Shown one piece after another: positions 49,701 through 63,100 of a stretch of DNA of 64,000 nt. Positions within the stretch are counted from its first letter, which is position 1, and each line of letters begins with the position of its first letter. The notes under the pieces were generated by a model that was given only the letters and a program-made list of their open reading frames with translations, did not search any database and was not told the DNA's origin. The translations under genes were made by a program, and so were the position numbers. This stretch comes from Rotaria socialis (taxonomy: Eukaryota), in assembly GCA_905331295.1 (NCBI GenBank), contig CAJNYD010000051.1, positions 1-64,000 on the forward strand, given 5' to 3'.

Positions 49701-50003
49701 TTACATGTTCTTTTTAATGAACTCCAGATTACTTATTGCTGCTTTAATACGTGGATGTGTAGATAGAAATGATTTTTGTAGTATGGCTAGAGATTTTTCT
49801 AGAAATATAAGTGCTTTCAAGTGGTCACCCATTCTGTAATACACAAAAACCATATTGTTGTAAGGAGTGGTCAGATCTGAATGATTGGGCGACAGAAATT
49901 TTTCACAGAATTGATTTGCTTTTTCGCAAAAAGTAAGCGCTTTTACATGGTCATTCATATTACTGTACGCTTCATCGGTGTTGGCAATTTGTATATGAAA
50001 CAC
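49701..50003 (-). pseudogene. C-terminal fragment of a kinesin-light-chain-like TPR protein
   Basis: LSPNHSDLTTPYNNM..VYYRMGDHLKAL..EKSLAI.QKS..STHP; no upstream coding region visible. Confidence 0.7.
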
Positions 50004-51545
50004 TCACGTGTATACCACCAAATGGCTTTTGATGATTGATAAGTTGTTTGAAATTCATTGATAATTTTCATTTCTTTATTATTGTGATGTTATTCTGTGT
50101 GGCTATATGTGACTAATGCCGTGGTGACCTTTTCTTCATGTTTCATATCAAGGAAGATTTCTGTAAAAATTTGGGAATAAATGAAGGTCGGCTATAGCTG
50201 GTTGCGATTTATATTAGAAGAGTACATCCGGTTTATCGTTTCAATCATAAACCATACGAAACAATATGCATAGTTTCCTAATTCATCTACATTCACTTCC
50301 TTTCAATGCATTCTTCTCCATACCTCAAATTCAGACGTCCCTTCTATATGTCCTTTCCTATACGTCCTATTTTGATCTATAAATCTGCCAGCTGCAGTAC
50401 TCTTCCACAGGAGCTGGTCAAAATGTCAGCTTTCAACTGTTGAAGTTGTCGCACCCAGAACTAGAAGCATACCTGAGGATGCTAGAAGTGTGCCTGAAGA
50501 TGCAACTCGTTTTCTAACGAAGACTACTAGTATCCCCCAGAATAGTTTCTGGTTCTGAGTGAAACCACTTCAGTTCTTGGAAGTTGGGCATGCCATACCT
50601 ATTTTGAACGCCCTCTTTAGGGCTATCAGAGAATATAATTAAGATAGTTTTCACTGTGCACGCTGATATAAAAGATGTATTATGTGGCTGAATGTTTCTT
50701 GAATTTTCAACTAATCGAAGTTAAAATTCACGTTTTACATGTTTGATAGATTACGGTGCTTTAAGTGGACACAAGAAAAAGGATGTAGAGAAATGAATAT
50801 AAAGAAAAACAAATATTGTGTCCATTTTATGATACTATCTATCATTTACCTGTACTTTTGATTTCCCACAGAAAAGGTTTGCTGTTTTTTCACTAGAATT
50901 TCCCGAAGAAATCATAATTCGATTGTGATGAATCGTAAATATTTTTTCTTTGATATCAAAGATCAAATGTTGTCTTGTTACGATAGTGAATATAGTTTGG
51001 CCAACAATATCATTTATTATATGGGTCCCTTTTTTTACTAATCATTATTTTTTTATCGACTTGAATATTCACTTGAAATTGAATATGTTGAATATATTAT
51101 CGTATTCATTTTTTACTGGTAATTTATTATTTTCACAATATTTTTTTAATGATTGTAGAAGTAACGCACAAAATAACAAGAATCATATACAACATCATTA
51201 TTCACTACGGAATCAAATAAAAAAAAAATTCGCATTTTACTTATAATTACATTATCAATTTTCAAGATTGAATGAATTTTTAATGCCAAAAGCAAGATGA
51301 GAAATATCAAAATACCGTTACTCTCTACATTAAGATCAGAAAACAGGTCTTGAAATTAATTAACCAGAAGTGTTAGACTTCGTCTTTTGCTGAGATACAA
51401 TTCCAATGCAGGAAATGTTCTGCATGGCGGCGCATGTATTTATTTTCTTCTCAACAATTACCGAATTTCTGTGTATATACATGTATTGGCTAGAATGCAG
51501 TCTTTTTTCTTCAATCTATTTATTTTCTTTACAAATAAACATAAA

Positions 51546-53522
51546 CTACAAGTGATTACTAACTGAATAAAGGTTTTTGAGATACGTCTCAATGTCAGGA
51601 TGATTAGAAGGCAATGAACTTTTTGCGATGCTTACGGCTTTGTCGTAACAGACACGCGCATGATGATACTGATTGGTTTTGTAAAGTACATTGCCCAAAT
51701 TATTGTAAGTTGAAGCCAAATCAGGATGAGTTGGCGGAAGTGCTACTTGACGAATTGCTAGAGCTTCCTGGTGTGCTGATAGTGCCTGTGTATACTGTCC
51801 CATATCCGCATATACATTCCCAATGTTGTTGTGAGTAGAAGCCAAAGCGGGATCATTCGAAACAAGCGATTGTCGTTGTAACGCAAGCGTTTCGTGATAC
51901 GACGCCAGCGCATGTGAGTACTCATGCATTTTTCTATATACACAGCCCATGTTGTTGTGGATAGCAGATAAAGTAGTGTACTTAAGATCGAAAGCGTTGT
52001 TGTAAGTTTTGAGTGCATTTTTAAAGCATCGAATTGCTTCATTATATTTGCCTTGGCTATGTTTAACATTTCCAAGTCCAACGTTAAGATTTGATTTTTC
52101 AATATCATTAGTTGTCTGTGCTAGCAGAACTTCGTAGACTTTTTCAGCTCTATCATGCTGTCCCATTTTGAGTAGTAAAAATCCCAATCGGTCCCAACCT
52201 TCTTTCACTGGAGCAATCTCTTGTCGTAAGCGAGTAGTAAGTGCTCGAAAATCCTTATCATTGTCAGCAGTAAGAAGCAAGTCAACTTCGAAGAGTCGCT
52301 GTTCGTCATCTAAGGGTTTAATATTGCCAATACGAAACACGGTATGCATTGAGAAGAGAACTTCGTCTTCTTTCTGAACATAACTAATATCTTTAATATC
52401 GGCAAAAGCTGTCTTTGATTGTGATGGAATAACAGTCATGACAAAGAGAATACCAATCAAATCTGGATTCCGAAGATTTTTTATAGAAAACTCTAGACCA
52501 GCGCTACGATTCCTGCTGGTAGACAAAAAGCTATTGAACGACAGAAGTCCTCCTTGTGCTTTTTTCATTCTTTCGAATTCTGCGATAGAAATACCTTGTC
52601 CACGATAGAGTGTTAACATTTTGCAATCTTGAATAGCACGGAATTGTTTTTGATTTAATTCTGCAATTTGACGATGAAGATCATTAATGAAGAAGCCCAT
52701 GTCAATGATATCATCTACCTCCATTAGCCGTAACGCACGGTTAAGCCTCGCATACATGAAACATTCTAGAGTGTACCACCAAATAGGTGTCTTTTTACGA
52801 TAATCTTTTTCGAATTTTTTGATATTTTTTAATTCACGATCATTGCCGTCATAATCCTTGCGACAAGTATGAATAAAATTTTTAACATGTTTTCCTTCGA
52901 AGTTGATTGTCAGTAGAATTTCTTTGAGAATCAATGTGTACATGAAGGAGCATTCTAATTTATCCAATTTTTTATTAGCTGCACCATCATCAGCTGCCAA
53001 CAAACTGATCGAAACAGCGTTGTGCTCACATTGTTGTGTTGCTCTTTTGAGAGCCTCACAAATGCGTTCGATATTTGTGAATACGCCGTTGATCTTCTTC
53101 CAATTTCTAGCCCATCCTTCGTGTAACGATTTATTATTGCAAAAGACAAAAATAGAGTCAACTTGTGGCATACTGTGAATACGTGGTACAATAGTTTCTC
53201 CATATGAACCAGAAACGATGATACAAATTTTGTCATTATTTTGTACGGTTTTAATGAATTCAATACACTTTTCACCGTCTGTGAACGTTTCAATGGTATT
53301 AACGACACCGCGCAGACTCCTCATGGTGTTTTGGTTATCTTTACTCTTTCCTAGATTAATGTTCTTGTCTAACCAAATAAGGAGAACATTTTGCACCATA
53401 CGCGTACTACCGTATGCAGGTAGAGATGCAGGTTTTGAAGCCCCAAATAGTATTTTTTCATTTTGATCGCCACCCGGTTTCATTTCCGTTGATTCTGATG
53501 CACCGTTGATTAGCTGAGCCAT
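51546..53522 (-). CDS. ADP-ribosyltransferase (R-S-E class) domain plus TPR repeat protein with N-terminal receiver-like domain, intronless
   Basis: LLIWLD..IIVSG..SIFVFC N-domain; WWYT..LNRALR; LYRGQ, FLSTS, EDEVLF catalytic motifs; about 5 TPRs (HPDLASTYNNLG); 658 aa. Confidence 0.9.
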   Translation of the reverse strand: MAQLINGASESTEMKPGGDQNEKILFGASKPASLPAYGSTRMVQNVLLIWLDKNINLGKSKDNQNTMRSLRGVVNTIETFTDGEKCIEFIKTVQNNDKICIIVSGSYGETIVPRIHSMPQVDSIFVFCNNKSLHEGWARNWKKINGVFTNIERICEALKRATQQCEHNAVSISLLAADDGAANKKLDKLECSFMYTLILKEILLTINFEGKHVKNFIHTCRKDYDGNDRELKNIKKFEKDYRKKTPIWWYTLECFMYARLNRALRLMEVDDIIDMGFFINDLHRQIAELNQKQFRAIQDCKMLTLYRGQGISIAEFERMKKAQGGLLSFNSFLSTSRNRSAGLEFSIKNLRNPDLIGILFVMTVIPSQSKTAFADIKDISYVQKEDEVLFSMHTVFRIGNIKPLDDEQRLFEVDLLLTADNDKDFRALTTRLRQEIAPVKEGWDRLGFLLLKMGQHDRAEKVYEVLLAQTTNDIEKSNLNVGLGNVKHSQGKYNEAIRCFKNALKTYNNAFDLKYTTLSAIHNNMGCVYRKMHEYSHALASYHETLALQRQSLVSNDPALASTHNNIGNVYADMGQYTQALSAHQEALAIRQVALPPTHPDLASTYNNLGNVLYKTNQYHHARVCYDKAVSIAKSSLPSNHPDIETYLKNLYSVSNHL

Positions 53523-54936
53523 ATTATTATTTTATAATTTCTAGAATGATCACAAAATAATGTTATATACGTTATACATTAGATTTTTAGATTTTCCCCT
53601 CGTTCACGTTATTCGTTTTTCTTTCTGTTCGCTTGCATTCAACTATGTTTTTTCTTCCCACATTTGAATGCAACGTTACGAGACAGAGAAAAAGAACAGG
53701 GCAGACCTATTCAGATATTCATCGTCCTTAATGAGCGTGATAAAATTATATTGAAGTGTGACTTTTATTGAAAATAAACGAAATGATGCGTAAAAACATA
53801 ATTATCATATATGCTTGTTTTCGATATAAAAAAAATAGTCGCCGCTCGCTTCAATACTTTTATGAATCATATTGGCGTTGAAACGTATTATACTTCGAAG
53901 TGCATCATTCACTTAGTTTCGTTCGTTTGCTGTATTTCTACGAAACATCAAAATTGGTTTGGTAGAACATTGATTACTCTATCTAAGTGTGCAGTTCGCA
54001 TTTGATTTATTTTTGATCTTGATAAAAACAAACACAGAAAAGTTTTTAAAAATTGTTAAATACAACTTTTCTACCGCAAGATTTTCGATAGTATTGGCAT
54101 GATCTTAAATTTGTCTATAATTTTCTGTAACTAAAATAGTTTCCTTTGACAAAAAAGAATACTTCGATTCTTCGAAAAAATCGCTTTCATGCAGAAAATA
54201 GCATTTTGAAAAGAACTTTGAAAATTTATTAATCATTTGTTTTTTTGCTAGCTATGACTGACTGTCTGTTTCAGAGATGCCAGATCTGAAAGTCGAAAAT
54301 CCGGAACATTTGCCATATCTGGTCTGTTCAGTCATTTCCCGTCCTTTCGTGTCATAATAATATTGGTAATAGTTATAAGCATAATTACCCTAGTCGAACT
54401 GTTTTTTCTGCGCTGGACATGCGTGGACCTCAAGTTTGGTCCATAGCGCATGACTTTCTTGCTCAAGACAAGCGCTTGAGTGTTGCATGAAAATAAATCT
54501 ATGAACTTTTATTAAAAGTTGAGTTGTTTTGAACGTAAAATTCCAAAAAACACTAAAAAATTCTTGAATAACAGGAGCACTTGCATAAGAATTCAAGCGC
54601 ATGAGCAAGAACATCAAGCGGTAGAGCAAGAAGTTTAAGAGCTTGAGCTCGTCGAAAGGTCTCAAGTCTTGCCTCAAGTTTGTTCCATAGCGCATGACTG
54701 TCTTGATGAAGATTCTCAAGTATCTCCTTCTTTTTTTAGAATAATAGAAAATAATCAATATGTTCTATTTAATATTTTTAAATATAAGATACAATCTACG
54801 GTAATAAAATGAGGCATTGCAGTTGATAGTTTGATTGTTAGAAAAATATATTCAAATAATAGCTTATTATAATTTTAATGAGTAAAAGCACTAAAAACTA
54901 TTACATACGATATATTGAATATTTGAAATTTTAAAG

Positions 54937-56331
54937 TTAATCCATTTTCGGAATCGTAGCTTTTTGTTTACAAAGTTCTGTAAGCTCAGTTTGAATGCCC
55001 TTGACATTTTGCATTATTTGTTTTACCGAATAAAATACATTTCCAAGTGCTAAATGTTCACGCATTGATCGAGTTATATTAATTTGTCGAACGATTTCAG
55101 TAACTGACCAATTGGAACCAGTTCGTGGAAGTCGATAAACTGCAGTACCAGGATAAACATGACGACCTTTCGCTGATTGTTGTATCCGCCAATTAAGAAG
55201 AGCGAGATATGATCGTGCTGGTGGATCAATTTGCCAATAGAGTTGCGGTGCCATATACTCGACTAAGCCTTGTTCTAACCACATACGACTATCACAATAT
55301 AAAGTATTATAAGATGAAAGACCATGAATACTTTGTGGTACACCATTTTTCCATATACCAAACGGTGAAATACCAAATTTTACTTTTGGTTTAATACCAT
55401 GAATTCTTTTGTACATCGTTTGAATCAGAGTATTCACATTTGAACGACGCCAGTCAGCTTTATTTTATTTGCCGTCGTGTTGTTGATATTCTGCGTAAGT
55501 AGTTCCATCAGGAAACTCAGTACCATCATTATATGGATAAAAATAATCATCCATATGTATGCCATCAACAGCATATTGACGGACAATATCTTCAGTAACA
55601 TTAACAATAAATTCTTGAACTTCAACTGAACCCGGATCCATCCACATATATTTATTATAGGTATAAGCATATTTCGAAAATCGCTTGGCCATATGATTTG
55701 ATGCAAGTTCATAGGTAGCACCAGACATTCTAGCACGATATGGATTGATCCAAGCATGCACTTCAATATTACGTTTGTGAGCTTCAGCTATAATAAATTC
55801 CAATGGATCCCATAATGGTGATGGTGGTTTACCGTGTATACCGGTTAAATATATGCTCCATGGTTTTAATGATGAAGCGTACAATGTATCACCAACAGGA
55901 CGAATCTAAGAATAAAAAAAAAAGATACTCCAGATTCAAGTGACGTTATTATACACTACCTGAAATACGACAGCATTCATATTCAATTTTTGAAGTGTAT
56001 TGAGAATATTAAGTAGTTCAGATTGTTGTTGAGTTGGTGTCGCGGTTCTCGTTGATAGCCAATCGATGTTACTTACAGTCGCAATCCAAGCAGCACGAAA
56101 TTCTTCTTTTATTGTTTGTGATGAAAAACAACATTTAACATCCATTGGTTTTGATTCGCACAGACCAGTTAGATATAAATCATTTGGACATAGACTTTGA
56201 TTTATCCATTGACCAAAGCCATATTGTGGATGATTGTAAGTATCACATGTATTTGCTCGCACTTGGTACAATGAAAAAATCGAAAATTTTAGTAGCCAAC
56301 AAAAAACAGTAGCTATGAAAATCAAATTCAT
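54937..56331 (-). pseudogene. Bacterial-type GHL10/DUF187 (YddW/DigH-like) glycoside hydrolase with signal peptide, one intron and one in-frame stop; exons 56331..55960 and 55905..54937
   Basis: EFRAAWIATVSNIDW, NAVVFQ/IRP, EAHKRNIEVHAWINPYR, DGIHMDDYFYPY, DWRRSNVN, FGISPFGIW, APQLYW. Intron 55959..55906; TAA at 55465-55467 in frame with both flanks. Confidence 0.88.
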
Positions 56332-57334
56332 TCTATGTAAGGAGAAAAATAAAATAAATAATACAATATACGAATGTATGCTGTTTTTATTCCATCATCA
56401 TAGATTCTCTGGGTAAAAGAAAAACGCCACCCACTTTTCAAATTGATAGGCTATAGACAGACAGCGACATTTTTTCAAGATAACGCAACGTACTTATACA
56501 TACGCACATGCTAAATTTAAATGCTAATTCTCTTCATAGAACATGTCACAATTTTTGCGGAAGAAAATATTTATTTACATAAACATCATGAAAATGCAAA
56601 GGATTATAGTCTTGGTTTTCAAGCATTTCTTTTCGAATGCAAATTTCCGTACTAAACGTGCTTTTATAACGATAAATAAATGTTTACCAGAAATATAATA
56701 CTAATTAAAATTTCCCAGCTAATAGTTTTCATTCGTAAGCTTCTTTTAATGGTAAAAATATGAATATTTTCTAATTTCACATACTTCCGTTGCTTAGAAT
56801 ATTCACCCACTTCTCTTTTTATTCGATGTGAACGTAGTTCGCTCCCTCACTAAGACTACCGTTCTATTGACCCACGCCTATGCTTTCTGTCAGTTTGATG
56901 TATGCTAATATGTAGCATGAGTGGAAAGGCTTGTTAACATTATGCAAATGCTTAATATTCAACATTTATGACGGAGCGCTCATTCATTGCACGATTATCC
57001 TTTGTAAGACAGGTTCATATAAATCATCCAACGGGAAAGGGAGGTTTGGGTGCTCCAGTATGTAGATCGGACTCCAACTTACAAAAGTATATCAGAATGG
57101 TTTTTGGCAATTTTATTGTAAAATGATTAGCATGTATGTTGTTAAACAAATCGACTGCTGAACAGATTCTCCTATGTCCAAATCTGTCTTTCTGATGTTA
57201 AAAATCACACCATCTCTAACTAATTATATCCTGAAGTTATTCAAAACAAAAATGAGAGCGCACGTATGAGTTCTTCTAAGCGGATAACGGATTCTACTGA
57301 TTATTTTTTGCTTTGATAAAAATGACAACTTCAA

Positions 57335-58320
57335 TCAATACCATTTAGTGGATAAAATTAATCTTAATCCCTCACTACATTGTTGAAAACGATTTGCAAA
57401 CATTACGCTTGTCGGATGATCATTTTCGAATGCATCAATAACGATGTTAACTGCTTGTTTAGCATGTTCAGTAGCTTCTTCATATTGATGAAGAAGAAAA
57501 AGTACTTGTGCCAAATTTCCATGAGTATCTGCTGGAATATGAGGAGAACACGACTTCAAATGTTTTTTCGAGATCCGAGAGCGCAGTATGGTAATCTCCC
57601 ATTTTCGCATAAACCATACCAATATTATTGTTAGTCGTAGCCAAATCCAAATCATTTGGAGGAAGAGATTGCTCTCTTATTTCTAATACATTTTTATAGT
57701 ATAAGAGTGCAGTCGAATAACTCCCTAATGTTAAGTACAATCCGGCAATATTATTATGAATTATTGTTATCGTGTGATCTGTATCTGGAAGATGTATCTT
57801 TAGAATTCGAAGCGCTTTTTCATAATATGATGAAGCTTTTGTATAATCTCCTATGGTTTTGTAGACAAGTCCAATATCGCTAAATACAGTGCCTAATTGA
57901 AAATCAGTGGATGAAAGCAACCGTTCTCTCACGTCAACACTCTTTTGAACATAAGTAACAGCATTAGAATAATCCATCACTTCAAAATATACCAGACCAA
58001 GATCATGCCAAGTAGTAGTCAAATCACGGTGATCAGTGGAAAGAGTTTCTTCTTGTATTTCCAGAGCTTTATGTAAGCAAGATAGAGCATCAGAGTATCG
58101 ACATAAAGATTTATATGTCGTGGCCATATCATGATAGGTTTTTATTAATTGAGGATGATTTGATGGAAGCGATTATTGTCTAGTTTCGAGTGCTCTTTTA
58201 TAGTAAGACAACGCAGTAGAATAATCCTTCATATCATTATAGGTCCCACCAATATTTGCATAAGTTTTAGCAAGTTCTGGATGAGTAGATGGGAGTGATT
58301 TTTCATAAATTTCAAATGCT
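57335..58320 (-). pseudogene. TPR-repeat protein, 5'-truncated, with a stop and a frameshift
   Basis: Tandem 42-aa TPR units (LPSTHPELAKTYANIG...). Stop near 58175, frameshift near 57545; coding similarity ends abruptly at the inverted repeat at 58321. Confidence 0.8.
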
Positions 58321-58559
58321 TTTGGCAACTTTTTTTTCTACCGAAAATTCACCTGGGGTACCCCTCAGGGTTCAGTGAAAAACTGAAACTAATCAGAAAG
58401 CAACTTGGACAGCAGTAATTAACTGTGGAGCATGTAAAATGCTAAGTAATGTAGAAAAAGTCGCATGCCTGAGCAGAAAAAAAAATTCAATTTTTATTAT
58501 TGGACTGAACTCTGAGGAGTACCCCAGGCGAATTTTCGGTAGAAAAAAAAGTTGCCAAA
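58321..58559. repeat. About 55-bp inverted repeat pair (transposon-derived)
   Basis: TTTGGCAACTTTTTTTTCTACCGAAAATTC.CCTGGGGTAC.CCTCAG.GTTCAGT and its reverse complement at 58504-58559. Confidence 0.75.
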
Positions 58560-58782
58560 AGTATTTGAAATATACATTGTTCGAGTCAGGTTTTTGCGCT
58601 GATTTCAAATATGTTATTAATTGTGGCTCGAGTTGTAGCTTTTATGATAAAAATCTCAATTTTCAGATTCAAGGGCTTATGCGTCTCACTTGCTTTATTT
58701 TATTTTTGGCAAATTCTAGACCCTGCTAGTCAAGACTAATCAATTGTACCATTAATTTCAGTTCATTCTACACTCACTTAGA

Positions 58783-58880
58783 GCCAATTCTATACCGGTT
58801 TCAGACCAATTCCAACCGATTCTGAACCGATTCTGAACCAATTCTGAACCAATTCTAAATCAATTCTACACCAATTCCAG
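58783..58880 (+). repeat. Degenerate 11-bp tandem repeat (ACCAATTCTGA)
   Basis: About 9 imperfect copies visible. Confidence 0.7.
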
Positions 58881-60175
58881 CGAATCGCAGATTAAAAAAT
58901 ACTTATCTTGGGTCTGAATTTGACCTGTATAAAATCGTCAATAAGAATAATAACTAGTAACATTATTTGATAACACTTTAATCAAAATCCATAGGTTTTT
59001 GCCTAAAATACCACACTAAATATCGCTATTTTTTTGTATACGCAAAAAAATGGTTGAGAATGAAGAGAAAAGAACATGACCATCGTGTTCAGGATAAAAA
59101 ATTACCTAGATTTAATACATAAAATAAAACTGAAACTCGAAGTCCAAAAGACATGAAAGCGATATACCTACCTCATTTATAGCAGTTAAAGATGATCTCC
59201 TGTACAGGCCGTTTATGGAGATCCCACGCTGATTTTTTTATGGACTTGTAGAGTAGAGAGAGCACTACCAGCCTGTATTTACCAGCCCCCCAGGCAATCC
59301 ATATTTTGGGAGAAAATCCATCCTGAAAACACCTATTTATGAAAAAGTTCCATTTTTGGGGACCCTCTCCTGGCCAAACTAAATATTGTAGAGGGCTAAA
59401 ATTTTCGTAGAAGAAAGATGTTTTACTGTTCTACCTATCATAAAAATTTCAGACTTCTATGACGTTCTATTCAAACGTTATATACGGTCAAAGTTACCGA
59501 AATTGTTAATTTTCGGTCATATTGAGCAATGGGTTAAATTTCAGTAGTTCAATATTTCGGGACAAAACATTTATGATGAGTACAACTCATAAGATTATAT
59601 GCCTGGAAAAAATTTCAGCTCAATCCATAAAGCCAATCACAAGATATTGCCCTAAGGAGATCCCCGTGATGAAAGTGTTCATTTTTGGGGCTTTTCGTAA
59701 AATGCTCATAAAAAATCAAGAGTTCAATATTTTTCAAAACGTCTTTCGTAGAAATTCGTAGAATTCTTTGCTCTACAAAATATGTTAAATTGAGCAGAAT
59801 CGGACGACCTCGATTGAGCATGTTCAGGCGTGGCTTAGGCGGACTGGCTCTTATAAGGCAACACCCACACCCACACCTACACGCCCTTGTCTTTTATTAA
59901 ATAAATGAGATTTGAATATGCTCATATTTTATTTATTCATTTTTATTTTCATATATTAACGTGACTTTATTTTCTAATCGCTTGAAAGTAGAAAAAAAAC
60001 GCACTAACACACAAAACAACAACTAACTAAGACCATATATGTCCCAGTCAGCATATATATATATATATATATCATGACTGAACATCAAAGAGAACCAAAA
60101 AGAAACAACAACGAAGAAGAAAGAGAAAACAGAAATATATGATCTGGTGTTGTTAGCACACATCACAACATCATA

Positions 60176-63100
60176 TTAATAAAATTGAGATATTTTCACA
60201 TGAGGAAAGTAGGCTTTGAAACGTTGAGATATTTTAAATTTAGCAGGAATCATTAGTTGAATTACTTTAGCACAATTGAAACGCATTGTATCTTTTTTAA
60301 AATTATTTGTCACTTTTCTTAATGGACGATATTCAACACTAAGACATAGATTGTCCGATAAGAGTGTTTTCGTATTGTCTAAAAATAATTCAACATAATC
60401 TTTATGAATGTCGATAAGTTCGAGATCATTCAAATGAGGATATTTAATAAGTGGATAATTCATATTGTTATTCTTCAATTTTTGTCCTTTTCGATTGCTT
60501 AAAGATAATTTTCGTAGACATGGAAATGCTTGTGCAATTTCAATAAAAAATTCATATTCAAAAGGATGTTCATCATATAATGATATTTCACCAACACGCT
60601 TGAATAATCCACCTGGGAAATTATTTGTAATATTATGATAATAGTTTAGTGTATATGGATATGAATAAGCATGACATTGACCACGTTTCATTTTAGGAAA
60701 ATAATCAACACACGATATAATTTGATTGCCTGTAAAATTTGAAAACGTCCGCTGAATATCATTATTTGAAAGTAAAGACATTTGATCGTTCAGAGAAATA
60801 ATTGAACGAATATTAAATAAAAATTTATTTAATCGTGGTATATGATTAATTATATTCTTCTTCAAATCATTCCCATCTATAAATCTATGAATATGATCGT
60901 GTGCAAGATATAAAGAAAGACTTTCTAAATTCGACATTCGACGCAGAAGTGGTATAATTAATTCATCGTAATAGTTCTGTTCTAATTGACAGCGCAATGA
61001 GAAAGATCTCAAATTAGGTAATTCTTCCTAAAAAAAAAGCAAAAACAATATTTAATGATGAATATTCATAGGAAACATTTGAATAATTCATTAAAAAAAA
61101 AAAACAATATTTGTTTAAATAATAATTGTTGTATTCATGCAAAATAATTTACCTTGTTGCCGATCATTGCTGATGTAGGAAAAAGGAACCCTATATTAAC
61201 ATATAGAACGCGAAGTCTATTGAATCGACCATCAAGGAGATAAAGACAATCATTCGAGTTTTCCAAATTGATATGTAATTCCGTCAAAGTTGCAGAGAAA
61301 AATGTCGAAAGTTCATCATTAAATGATAATCGCGGAAAATACATATAATCAGGCGAATATATATTCAAATAGTGTAGATTGGTGAACACAGTAAAGACAC
61401 GTGCGCAAACAGCTGTTATCGTGTTTTCTATTAGTCGTTTTCTTCCTATGTCCGGAATTGTAACAACCAAACTACAAACCTGATTTTTTTTAATACGACC
61501 AAGTGGAGTTTTATCTAAACATATATACAAATCTATTGACAAAAAAAAACATCGATTCTTCTACAGGCTTTAAAGAACCCTACATTGTACATGTGTTCTT
61601 TCTCAGAATTGAAAAATTATTCGAAGAAAATTGAAACACTCTTATCAATTGACTGTACTATCTTACTCTACTTCAAGTTTTCTTTAATATAAACTTACTA
61701 TAAAATCAATTTCTGAAAAAAGTAATTGTATATGCTGATAGAAGGTCATGTTATCTATAATTTTACATCTAGTAATCTTTTGACTTCCAAACAATTTGAA
61801 TATTGAGATGTTTAACACATTCACGGCGAATCGATTTTCTTTAAAAATACCTTTCAGAGATTCATTTTCGTGTACATCTACCTTCTGATAAACGCACTTA
61901 TTGGTCTTTTTTTTTGGTAAATGCTACCAGTTCTTTTGCTCTTTTTGTTTACATTTTTGCATAGACAATCCGTTTTCACTTCAAACAGAATAATTACTCA
62001 AGTCTGGTTTTTCTCTCTCTCTTTTATACTGCGCAGTAGGAACGAGATTAACGAAATGCGGTTTCGATTTTTTTTCTTTTGCAATGTTATCTTTTACTCT
62101 TCTCTCGCGTTTATAAAAACAGATGAATTTTGCGATGCATTATCTCAGTGTGAATCACTTGTATCTTTTCTATAATCGTACATATAACGTGTACAATATG
62201 CATATAGATCTCTTCTTTCTGAAACCTAGCCCGAGACAACAATCAGTAAGTCGTTTGAAGTGTAAAATTGTGGATCACAAGCTCGAAGAAAAGACTGGCT
62301 TGCTTGCGATGTACGAAGACGCTGTGCTGACGGCTATAAGAAAATTAGGCAACAACAACGAAGAGAAGTAAGTGACACAGCAGCGAAGAGAATAAAAACT
62401 TTCTGTTCTAATTGTGATAAATACTTGTCTTGATTGTTTCGATGAAAAGCATTACTCAATAAAATAAAGGATTCGAATACTGAACAATACGAAGTAAAAT
62501 AAGAGAATATGTGACACCCACTACATAGAAAAAAAGAAAAAGCAACTGTTTTTTTTTCTTATAAAATATACCGTGAGCCATCGATAGCTTACATCTCTGA
62601 GAATGTATTAAATAGCACATACATATCTTACTAAAGTGTCATAATCAGATACAACCTTACTTCATGATCATTTGAATTATGTTAAAGATAGAGAGAAAAA
62701 ATCAATGGATTTTCATTTCTAAATTTTATTCTTTCAATCAAAAAAACACATGGTATGACATACTCATTTACATAGCACTGAACAATTAGTTCAACCAGAA
62801 GGAATACTTTTAGCAATTTTCTCTAAGCTGTTTTGCTCGGTCACTTAAAATCACATCAACTAAATGCTCTTTTTAACCATTCTGCAGAGTAACTTGTGTC
62901 ATACTTATTGTATAGTTATCTGAGTCATAGTTACCATATAGTAAAAATATTATGGACAGCCAAAGATAGGTAAATTCTCATGTCTAAGCTCTATACATTC
63001 AATCGAAGAAATATATAATTACTTCTTTGAAAATTCATTTCTACAAATAACAAAAATCTAAGTTTTGAAATTATATCATCCACTACTTAGAGTTAAACTT

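Noticed and set aside
51614..53466. Alternative-frame and antisense ORFs over the ART-TPR gene
   Set aside because: Shadow ORFs of the real 658-aa CDS.
54390..54758. 122-aa ORF
   Set aside because: Overlaps a region with a 38-bp direct repeat and TCAAG/CTTGA subrepeats typical of a non-coding element.
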